A stretch of DNA of 63,195 bases, counting the filler, from Octopus bimaculoides (lineage: Eukaryota): the NCBI RefSeq assembly GCF_001194135.2. It is 4 parts of 4 records of this genome, joined end to end, with 100 filler letters (N's around TTAATTAATTAA, not from the genome) between each part and the next. Parts side by side here need not be neighbours in the genome. Positions count along the whole stretch, not along the records: positions 32,536 to 42,858 come from NC_069003.1; positions 42,959 to 63,195 come from NC_068981.1; 2 more parts are not named here. One strand, 5' to 3'. Positions 37,431-47,639 of the stretch are shown one piece after another. Each line of letters begins with the position of its first letter. Position 1 is the first letter of the stretch. The notes below the pieces were generated by a model that did no database searches, had not been told where the DNA came from, and worked only from the letters and a program-made list of their open reading frames with translations. The position numbers and the translations under genes are program-made.

Positions 37431-38335
37431 GGTCTTACTCGTTTAGTAAAGAAAAGAACAATAAATGATACTTTAGTTTGCTTTTAACTTTAACGCTACG
37501 ACTAGAGAGCTGTCTGTTGCTAGGCTACGCTCGACAGTAATTTTGGATTTATATTCATTGAGCATTAATATATTTTCTTCTGAATCTTTCCATTAAGATC
37601 GTTCATATTTCCAACAGAATATAATCTATCAACGCAATAATATATAAATATATATAATGTCGGGAAGTTCTTTTTGCAACATATAAACCAAATGCTTCAC
37701 TTACTTCTGCTCCATCAAAAGCAGCCAGAGTTGCATCTTTCTATTCTATTTTGCTCAGGTTGCATTTTCGGAAAACAGGTTAAACTTCCTGGCGTTTTGA
37801 ATGATCTTAATGCCTGAATGACTATTTGGCGTTATGGTATTTGCGAAGGCTAATAAATGCGATTTCCTATATAAAACTGAAAGTACTTCTATTATTGTCA
37901 ATGATACTAAATGCTATTGTATAATAGACAAGAATTTTCACTACTTTTCTATAAATGATTCAAGACCAAGGAAGGTTGAAATCACGTGATCTCATGGTCT
38001 CAGTGCTTGAAGTGACAGGGAAATGTCCCCGCTAGCAATATAAGCTAGCGCGCATTTTGCATCAAAAGCCAATATGAGAGTATTCTCTCATGGAATCCAC
38101 TGCAGTATAGTTTTGTTCTAACAGAACATCCACATTTAAGTAGGGACAAATATCTCTCCGTATTAATACTGCCTCTGTCGCTAGTATATATATTTTAACA
38201 AGCTCATTGGCTAATCGTGACACCAGTGTCTGTTCTGGCAAAGTTTTCCTCTATATCACTGGTGGGGAGGTGGTGGAGTCGCTGCTTTCTTTAGCAGTCA
38301 ATCGACCATCATTGACGAGACAATATGAGAGTATC

Positions 38336-38468
38336 CCGAGGTCGACTTTGTCTTTCATCCTTTCGGGATTGATAAATTAAGTACCAGTTGCGTACTGGGG
38401 TCGATCTAATTGACTGCCCCCCCCGCCCCCCAAATTTCGGGCCTTGTGTCTAGAGTAGAAAAGAATAT
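38336..38468 (+). mobile_element. SINE family A, 5'-truncated
   Basis: CCGAGGTCGACTTTGTCTTTCATCCTTTCGGGATTGATAAATTAAGTACCAG...GGCCTTGTGTCTAGAGTAGAAAAGAATATT. Confidence 0.9.
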
Positions 38469-39015
38469 TAAAGTTTCTCTCATGATATCTACCACAGCAT
38501 AGTTTATTCTAACAGAACATCCACGTGGAAATGGGAATAAATATTACCTCTAGATATTAATTCTGCCTCTGTTACTAATATATATTTAAAAAAGAAATGA
38601 TAGAACCCAATATTTTCTAACTATGCCTGTTGTTTCAAGGTTGAATAACGTATGGTATGGATGGTTAAAGAAATTATACTATGGTCCTTGAGTGTGTTAC
38701 GAAGTGGGCAGTGAGCCAAAGTTTGTAGCCTATCGCCTATTTTAAAGCCGGATGCAATCTCCTAGGCATCTTGGTTAATAGATTTGTAAGTGTCAACATG
38801 GAATTTCTTCAAACTATACTGTAGGTAATAATACTCAGAAACAATAGCCTTCTATAAATATTTGTTTCCCTGGAGGTTTTATCACATATCTTGATTAACC
38901 ATAAAACTCGGGTTGCACTTTAGGAGGCTCCAAAATTTGTTTCTGAATTTCCGGAATGTAATATTTGTTATAAGACTGAAGAATGATTAATATGTGTACA
39001 TGTGTATATATGTCT

Positions 39016-39132
39016 AAGGTGGTGAGCTGGCGGAATCGTTAGTATGCCGCGCCAAATGCTGACGGCATTTCGTCCGTCTTTACGTTCCGAGTCCAAATTC
39101 CACCGAGGTCGGCTTTGCTTTTCATCCTTTCA
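39016..39132 (+). mobile_element. SINE family A, 5' half
   Basis: AAGGTGGTGAGCTGGCGGAATCGTTAG...CCGAGGTCGGCTTTGCTTTTCATCCTTTC. Confidence 0.85.
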
Positions 39133-39374
39133 GATGAAAAAAAAGATCCAATCGTGAGGACTCAATACAAGTATTAATAGATATAACAGTAGAATATAAT
39201 AGTTTTATTTATTTTACAGGTTTAATATTTTTGTAAAGAAACTCGGCTGTCACTGATTTCAGAGACGATATGACCAAAGGAAAACAGAGTTTGCTAAAAT
39301 ATTATATTAATGCAAGATAAATAGACAGAGAACAGTAAGAGAGAGAGAGAAAGAGGGAGAGAAAAAGAGAGAAA

Positions 39375-39419
<45 letters not shown>

Positions 39420-39499
39420 CGTGTCATGCACACATACACTCGCAAGCACACATATCAGCCAAGCCAGTTGCTGTTAAAATGGCAGTTAAATCGATGTTA

Positions 39500-39650
39500 A
39501 TAATTGGCACAAGGCCAGCAATTTGGGGAAAAGGGACTAAGTCGACGACATCGACTCCAGTGCTCAGCTGGTACTTATTTTATCGATCCCAAAAGGATGA
39601 AAAGCAAAGTCGACGTCGGCGGAATTTGAACTCAGAGCGTAAAGGTGGAA
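39500..39650 (-). mobile_element. SINE family A, inverted, runs into gap
   Basis: TTGGCACAAGGCCAGCAATTTGGGG...CTGGTACTTATTTTATCGATCCC.AAAGGATGAAAAGCAAAGTCGAC.TCGGCGGAATTTGAACTCAGA. Confidence 0.9.
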
Positions 39651-40396
39651 NNNNNNNNNNNNNNNNNNNNNNNNNNNNNNNNNNNNNNNNNNNNNNNNNN
39701 NNNNNNNNNNNNNNNNNNNNNNNNNNNNNNNNNNNNNNNNNNNNNNNNNNNNNNNNNNNNNNNNNNNNNNNNNNNNNNNNNNNNNNNNNNNNNNNNNNNN
39801 NNNNNNNNNNNNNNNNNNNNNNNNNNNNNNNNNNNNNNNNNNNNNNNNNNNNNNNNNNNNNNNNNNNNNNNNNNNNNNNNNNNNNNNNNNNNNNNNNNNN
39901 NNNNNNNNNNNNNNNNNNNNNNNNNNNNNNNNNNNNNNNNNNNNNNNNNNNNNNNNNNNNNNNNNNNNNNNNNNNNNNNNNNNNNNNNNNNNNNNNNNNN
40001 NNNNNNNNNNNNNNNNNNNNNNNNNNNNNNNNNNNNNNNNNNNNNNNNNNNNNNNNNNNNNNNNNNNNNNNNNNNNNNNNNNNNNNNNNNNNNNNNNNNN
40101 NNNNNNNNNNNNNNNNNNNNNNNNNNNNNNNNNNNNNNNNNNNNNNNNNNNNNNNNNNNNNNNNNNNNNNNNNNNNNNNNNNNNNNNNNNNNNNNNNNNN
40201 NNNNNNNNNNNNNNNNNNNNNNNNNNNNNNNNNNNNNNNNNNNNNNNNNNNNNNNNNNNNNNNNNNNNNNNNNNNNNNNNNNNNNNNNNNNNNNNNNNNN
40301 NNNNNNNNNNNNNNNNNNNNNNNNNNNNNNNNNNNNNNNNNNNNNNNNNNNNNNNNNNNNNNNNNNNNNNNNNNNNNNNNNNNNNNNNNNNNNNNN

Positions 40397-40597
40397 ATAC
40401 CAGGACTTACAAATATATATAACATACAGAAAATTGCACTACTGGGTACTGCACACATCCTACGCAAAACACTTTCAATACAGTAAACATAAGAGCACCA
40501 CAGCAAACCACAGCACATACCCAAGGCGCACAGAGCTGCGCTCGGTAGTGAAGTGAAAGCACGTTATAAAAATAAAACTACTGAACAATAATAACAA
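40397..40597 (+). mobile_element. 3' end of a young R4/Dong-clade LINE (rest probably in the gap)
   Basis: PGLTNIYNIQKIALLGTAHILRKTLSIQ* plus 3' UTR and an AAT/AAC tail; nearly identical to 52476-52670. Confidence 0.9.
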
Positions 40598-41157
40598 TAA
40601 CGAGCAGTGGCTTTCATGGCTCCAGGAAGTGGCTCTCATGGTTTCTCGTCTTAACTGATTGGAGGTGTTTATCATGTTTATTGTTTTGTCTTCGTATAAA
40701 AGATCGGCCTCAACAAATATTCTGCTCAATAGCACAGATTTGCTTGTTAGTTGTTTGTTCATAACCAGTTGAGCATGTCCCTTAGTGGCTGATGGTATGT
40801 GCTTCTCTGATCACGAGCAGAAGTAGTGGGGGAGCATCATAACCATGTATTGAATTCTTTGGGGTTTGGATAATTCACCTTTGGAAACATAAGTGTTTCG
40901 TTCAACATCCTTAAACAACCGTTATTCAGTGACCTTTTGAGCGGGTTGGGCTAAACGACCTGAAGAAAATTCTAATTGGGCCCTACCTGCAAGGTCATGC
41001 GCTGTTTATCTTGATATAAGATTACCATGTTGCGTAAATATGGTTGTGATGCACGTGCCTGGTGTACCCTTATCAGACGGGTAGTCATGATGGGTATGCT
41101 GGGCTTCGTATACTTTACCCCAGTATCACTTTGATGGCATGTACTGCTCTCTCACCC
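40598..41157 (+). mobile_element. Interspersed retro-repeat family E (copies at 43180-43478 + and 4500-4650 -)
   Basis: Shared block GTGCCTGGTGTACCCTTATCAGA.GGGTAGTCATGATGGGTAT.CTGGG.CTTC.TATA.TTTACCCCAGT.TCACTTT.ATGGCATG.ACTG.TCTCTCAC followed by an AAY tail. Confidence 0.85.
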
Positions 41158-41196
<39 letters not shown>

Positions 41197-41224
41197 AATG
41201 ATAATAATAATGATAGTAATTTCT

Positions 41225-41695
41225 TTTATTAGCCACAGGGGCATAGATGAGGGGTAATTCATTCTACTACAGGCAGAAGGCCTGAAATTTTGGCGGTTAC
41301 TTGATGATTACATCGGCCTCAGTACTCTACTGGTACCTATTTTATCGGCCCCCCTAAAGGATAAAAGGCAACGTTGACGTCGGTAGAATTTGAACTCAGA
41401 ACGTAAAGAACCGGCTAAATATGTTGTCCGACTTGCAAACGATTCTACCAGCTCGCCTCTTTTACCTCGATTTTTCTACTTTAGGCACAAGGCCAGCAAT
41501 TTTGAGGCCGTAGAGGAAGTTGATTACGTGGACCCCACCCCAGTGTTGGCCTGGTATTTATTTTATCGACCTCGAAATGATAAAAGACAGATCGACCTCG
41601 GCGGAATTTGAACTCAGAACATAGCAGCAGACGGAAGAAATACAGCGAAGTATTTTATCCAACTGGCTCACGATTCTGCCAGCACGCCGCTTTAA
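41225..41695 (-). mobile_element. Two tandem SINE family A copies
   Basis: Two successive GGCACAAGGCC...GGTA(C)TTATTTTATCG...GGAATTTGAACTCAGAAC...ATTCT.CCAGC.CGCC units. Confidence 0.85.
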
Positions 41696-42740
41696 CTCCA
41701 TCGATAACAACAACAACAACAACAAAAACAACAACAACAACAACAACAATAATAATAATAATAATAATATAATAATAATGATAATAATGTTTCCTGTTTT
41801 GGCTATGATGGCCGAACAAGACAAAAAGAGACACTGCAACACAAGGGACAAGTGGGTCTTAGCACAAAACTTCGTGTATAAAACTGAAATATGAATAACA
41901 GTCAAATTCTCCAAAAGTGGGCAGTTCCGCCCCTTTTATTAGCCTCTGTGGGCATAGATGAGGGAGAAATAACGCTCTTTTAACATAAAGCAGTCAGAGA
42001 AAGAGAAACCGGCCACCCAGCGCTGCAACACGTACAACCAGACGAAGAGAAAAATAACAAAATAAAAAAAGGGGGCGATAACTCTAGCTGGACTCTAAAC
42101 AATACAAGTCAAACGTCCACGACTTTGCGCTCGAGTGTGACTCTATGTTACTAATACTGTAATAGGAGGGAGGGGGAGGAGTTTCTAATGAGAGGAATAG
42201 GTTGAGGCAGGGTAGGAGGAGACGCTACTGATTGTAGGCTCGTTGTCGTCGTAGTAATGTTATCGCAACAGTCGTAATATCAATAGTTTTAGTATTTCTG
42301 CTTGTAGTAGTAGTAGTAGCAGCAGCAGCTGTTGTTGGTTGCTGTTTAACTCCAGGTCAACGGTGATTGAGGCAATATTAAGATCAAAGGCGTTCCAGCC
42401 ACGCCAACTCCGTCACTTTAGGGCGTTGTTCAACGACTCCATTATCTAATGCAACCTTTCACATTTCTAAGGCGGCGCGCGCGGTGCTTCTGAAGGGGAG
42501 AGTTGGCTGTTATTTCTAGCAGGTCGTGTGAAGCAACATAGATGCTACATCGTTGGCTCGGTGACTTATAAATAGTAGTAGTAGTAGTAGTAGTATAGTG
42601 GCGGTGGTGGTGGGAGGATGAATCGGGAGAAGTAGAATATCGAGGAGGGGGAGGAGAATAGAACGAGCAATGATATCTATGTGTGTGTGCACGGGTGTAA
42701 CACACGCACACACACACGCACGCACAGACACACACGCACG

Positions 42741-42772
<32 letters not shown>

Positions 42773-42989
42773 CAAATATATAGGTTTATAGAGATACAAA
42801 TATCCAGTACATTTATGTACTTAAGTGTATACGTACACACAAGAAATTATATATATATNNNNNNNNNNNNNNNNNNNNNNNNNNNNNNNNNNNNNNNNNN
42901 NNTTAATTAATTAANNNNNNNNNNNNNNNNNNNNNNNNNNNNNNNNNNNNNNNNNNNNGCAGACTAAAGCGCGAAGGTATGAGATGTTT

Positions 42990-43170
42990 GAGGCCGTAAA
43001 TAAATAAAAATCTCTATCTTATCTGCATCTTGGAGACTTCGTCGTAGTATGTCAGCGGAGAAGTGGTCACCGAAAAAAATGGTAGTAGTACCAAAAATTG
43101 TTAGAACCCTGGGAACAGTGAGTAAAAAATCTTGAGAAGTACATGGTATAAATAGGGGCTGCAATAAGGG
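42990..43170 (+). mobile_element. R4-like LINE endonuclease C-terminal relic
   Basis: ...WSPKKMVVVPKIVRTLGTVSKK resembles the W...VVVVPIIVG.LG.V.K tail of R4 RLE domains. Confidence 0.5.
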
Positions 43171-43179
43171 TAGAGTACT

Positions 43180-43478
43180 AGAGGAATTCTTTGGGGTTTG
43201 GATAATTTACCTCTGGAAACAGGTGTTTCGTTCAACATCCTTAAACAACCCTTATTCAAGGACCTTTTGAGTGGGATGGGCTACTCGACCTGAAGAAAAT
43301 GCTAACTGTGCCCCACCTGCAAGGTCATGCGCTGTTAATCTTGATATGAGATCACCATGGTTGTGATGCATGTGCCTGGTGTACCCTTATCAGATGGGTA
43401 GTCATGATGGGTATACTGGGGCTTCATATATTTTACCCCAGTGTCACTTTAATGGCATGCACTGCTCTCTCACTCAAT
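43180..43478 (+). mobile_element. Family E repeat copy
   Basis: Colinear with 40855-41157. Confidence 0.85.
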
Positions 43479-43494
43479 AATGATAATAATAATA

Positions 43495-43945
43495 ATAATC
43501 CTTTCTACTGAAGGCACAAGGCCTGGAATTTTGGGGTGGGGGTAGTTGATTACATTGACCCCAGTATGTAACTGGTGGTTATTTCATCACCCCTGGAAGA
43601 ATGAAAGATAAAATCAACCACAGTGGAATTTGAACTCAGTATGTAGTAACAGGTGAAATACCGCTGAGCATTTTTGCCCAGTGTGCTAAGTATTCTGCCA
43701 GCTTGCCACGATAATAATGATGATGATGATAATAATAATGGTTGCAAAATTTGCCAAAGGCAGCAATTTTGCGGGAGGGGCTAAGTCGATTATATCGACC
43801 CCATTGTTTCACTGGTACTTAATTTATTGACCCTGAAAGAATGAAAGGCAAAGTCAACCCCAGCGGAATTTCAACTCAGAATGTAGCAAGGGGTGAAATA
43901 CTGTTAAGCATTTCTTCCAGTGTGCTAATGACACTACCTGCTTGC
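43495..43945 (-). mobile_element. Two tandem SINE family A copies
   Basis: Units at ~43495-43710 and ~43745-43945 separated by (GAT/AAT)n. Confidence 0.85.
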
Positions 43946-44456
43946 TGCAATAATAATAAGTCTGCAGTGAATACCAAATGAATGATAATAATAATAATAA
44001 TTCCGCAGTGAATACAAACAAATTCTGCAGCAAATACCAAACAGCATGGACATGTGACAGCGAGGTGCCAGGAAGATGGATCAAATCTGAAACCATCACA
44101 AAGCAGGAATTGAGAATCCGCAAAAAAATGAAAGAGAACTGTGTTGTAATGTAAGCCATCTCAGGAAATTGAAAGATTTTTTCTAATATGGAGGAGTATA
44201 CTTAAACAAAAAATAGCTTCCCCCAAATGCACCACCCTAGCAACATGTGTGTAAAAATCTAAACAAATGGACTACAGAAAGAAAAGCTGGAAAGGGAGAC
44301 AGAAAGTTTGTAAGTAGCAGTACATTTGTTTAGATTAAGGAATTAAGAATCTGCAAAAACAATAAAACAAAGAAAGAAAATTATATCTTGATGTGAGCCA
44401 TCTTGGGAAACTGAAAGATTTTTCTTGTGTGGAGCATAAATATATATATATATATG

Positions 44457-46890
44457 CTGAAAATTGCACCTCACAGAAGCACTTCACAGCTACACCAGCT
44501 TAGATGACTCAATAGTCCTATGAAAGCAGAAATAAAGCACTTGATGACTTTTGTGAACACATTACCAATTTTCCATTTAACACCCTACAAAAAGAACAAA
44601 TTAAACCCAACCTCTACACAAATGAATGGAAAAAACCTGATCGAGTTTAATAATGATATAGAGCTGACCATTAAAGAAGCTGATGAAAGAAGTGCAGTAG
44701 TAGTGATGGACACAGAGTACTATAAAAATTTAATACTCTCCATGTTGGAAAACAATATTTACTATGAGAAGATAGAGCACTATAACCCACAGAAGACACT
44801 TAAAAACTTATCTCCCTTACTTCAAATACATGGAAAGGAACTCACTAAAAAAGAAATTGACTATTTACCTAATTTTAAATACAGACTAAGTCTATTCTAA
44901 GGATTACCCAAAATACACATATTAGTAAAGCTTGCAAAAAATTTTCAAGCCTATACATTAATGTTCCTCCCCCTACTGACCTCAAACTAAGACTCCTCAT
45001 TGCTGGCCCTGCTTGTGAAACCCACCGTTTGAGCAATTTCCACAACATCTTACTCAAGCAATATTTAAAATATGTGAAAAGCTTCATCAGGGATGATTTA
45101 GACATGCGTAACCACCTCTCAAAAACAATAAATGAAGGAACCCTGTTAGTATCATTCAATGTGGAGAACTTGTACACCAATATCCCACACAATTATGGTA
45201 TAGAAGCAATCACCTTCTGGCTAGAAAAATACCCAGAAGAGATCCTAGGATGCATCAACCACCACTTCATAATTGCAGCACTGAAATTTATCCTACAGAA
45301 CAACTATTTCATGTTCAATATAGTTTACTATCGACAAAAATGTGGAATCGCAATGGCACCTCGAACTGCCCTAGTGACTGCGAACCTTGTAATGGGTTAT
45401 CTAGAACTTGAAATATACCAATTATCACTACAAAAATATGGTACCTCATTTCATTGCTATTTAAAGAAGAACCGGATGAGGTACTTAGATGAGTGCTTTA
45501 TACTTTGGAACGATAGCATGGACAAACTCCTTGATTTCAAAATAATGCTCAACAATATCAATAGCAGCATACAATTCACCATGGAACACAGCAATAAACA
45601 ACTTCCTTTTCTTGACATCCTAATTCAAATAGTCAATAACCACATCGAAATAGAAATCTTCTATAAACCCACAGATTCAAAACAATACCTATTATTCAAC
45701 TCATGCTACCCTAAACACATAAAAATCTTGCGAAAAGAATCTGTACCATAGTTTCAGATACTAATACTCGTGAATGAAGACTCCTTGAACTTAAATCAAT
45801 ACTAAGCAGGAGACATTACCCAACATCATTAATAAATGATGGGATTAATGGAGCAAAGGAAGTAGACATACAAACATTAAAGGAAGTTAACCGAAATACT
45901 ACACCAGATTCAAAAATACTTCCATACATCTCCACACACAACCCTAGAAACAATGAGGCCTTCAGCATCATCCAAAATCTACCCATTCTCACTGGAGATA
46001 AAACAATGAACAAAATTTTAAGCTCACACAAAATTATCAAGAGCAAAAGGCAACCAAAATCATTGAAAAAAAATATTAACTAGCGCAAGACTATATCCAT
46101 TAATAACAGAACCAAAAGTGAAAAAATGCAGGCAGCCTAACTGTGGCACATGCCTCCACCTTTTGGAGGGTACAGAATTTCACTTCGAACAATGTGAAAT
46201 ATTTAAGATAAAATCAAATTTCACCCGTGCCTCTGAAAACTTAATCTATGCTATTACCTGTTTAGGGTATGGAAATCACTATACAGGCCAAACAGGAATG
46301 TCACTCCAACAAAGAACAACTCTTCACAAAGAACAAATCCGCTACCCACAATATAGACAGATACAGGTCAGTGAACACATATAAAGATGTGCTAGGAACC
46401 TTAAACCAAACTTCCTAACTTTCCCTTTTTATCAATGTTCACAGGACACCTCAGTACAGCAAAGATTAAATAAAGAGGTAACTTTCATTAATAAATATCA
46501 TCCACAACTCAACATGAACACACAACTTAATACACGACACTACTAACCTTACCAATAATCCCACTAATCTCCATACATCCCATACATCATTCATATTATA
46601 GTATTTATATCTACCTTAATTGTATCACTTCCAGAACTGCTTACCTCCGTTGCATGTAATTTTTCACTCAGGTACTATTAGACCCAACACCGTTTGGAAA
46701 TAGGTGTTCATTCAAAGCCAGTGATCAGCTTCTGATGATACTGGTATGACTTTGAATCTCTATAATGATTCATAATAATGATTTTTATACTTCATAATTC
46801 CACCTCAAATCATCTTTGCTTTTCTTAAAAAAGCCTTTATTTTTTATATTTAATGTGCATTTTCTTTGTTTTCTTTTTACTTTTCACCTA
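44457..46890 (+). mobile_element. 5'-truncated, decayed Penelope-like element (RT + GIY-YIG + 3' pseudo-LTR)
   Basis: IKEADERSAVVVMD; GPACETHRLSNF; FNVENLYTNIPH; QKCGIAMAP; MRYLDECF; LPFLDI; FYKPTDSKQYLLFNSCYP; PYISTHNP; CRQPNCGTC; NLIYAITC...YTGQTG...HK (GIY-YIG). Flanked by TA-rich sequence. Confidence 0.95.
46710..46757 (+). ncRNA. Hammerhead-like motif with G3:C8 swapped core in the PLE 3' pseudo-LTR
   Basis: AUUCAAAGCCA-GUGAUCA-GCUUCUGAU-GAUAC-UG-GUA-UGACUUUGAAU; helix I 10/11 bp; GAAAC mutated to GAUAC. Confidence 0.6.
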
Positions 46891-47639
46891 TATATGTATA
46901 CATACAAGTAGTAGCTTTCCCCTGGTGCACCACCCTATGTGTGAAAATGGAAACACATGGACTGCAGTGTTTCTATATGAGAACTGCAAGCCTGTGAGAA
47001 AAATTTTTGAATTTTAAGTTTTAATTACTTATACATCCATATTTATATAAGACCTCTCTCTCTATATATATATATGCACATTGCTGTTTCTTCTTGGTCT
47101 CTAAATGATACATCAATATTAATTATAACTATGAAAAAAACATCAACACATGTCCAAGAATGGTGTTCAGTTAAAAAAGTAAAAGACTGTAAAAACGGAC
47201 CCAGGGCCCATAACAAAACGATCCAAAAGAAAAACAGTGGACAGATGACCATAAATTCTATGAAATAGTATATTTATGAATTACACACACTACTATGTAA
47301 CACTCCTCCAAAAACATACAGGAATAAACCCATGCTGTAAATACCCAACAAAATGAACAAAGCCTACAACATGTGCCATAGAAGGCTGATACCCAACAGA
47401 ACACAACCTGTGGTGCACAAACAACACACAATACAAGAAATAATACAACAGAAGACCCAAACCAAACCCCATAACAAAACATACTGATACAATACAATCC
47501 CCACCTGACAAAAAAAAAATGTAGCACACACCACCCTACCAGCACAAAGATGCAACAAATGATGCAATAGAAAGTTGCTTGAAACTTTCAGATATTGAAA
47601 AATAATAGTGGTGATGACGATGGTGAGGAACATTACCTT

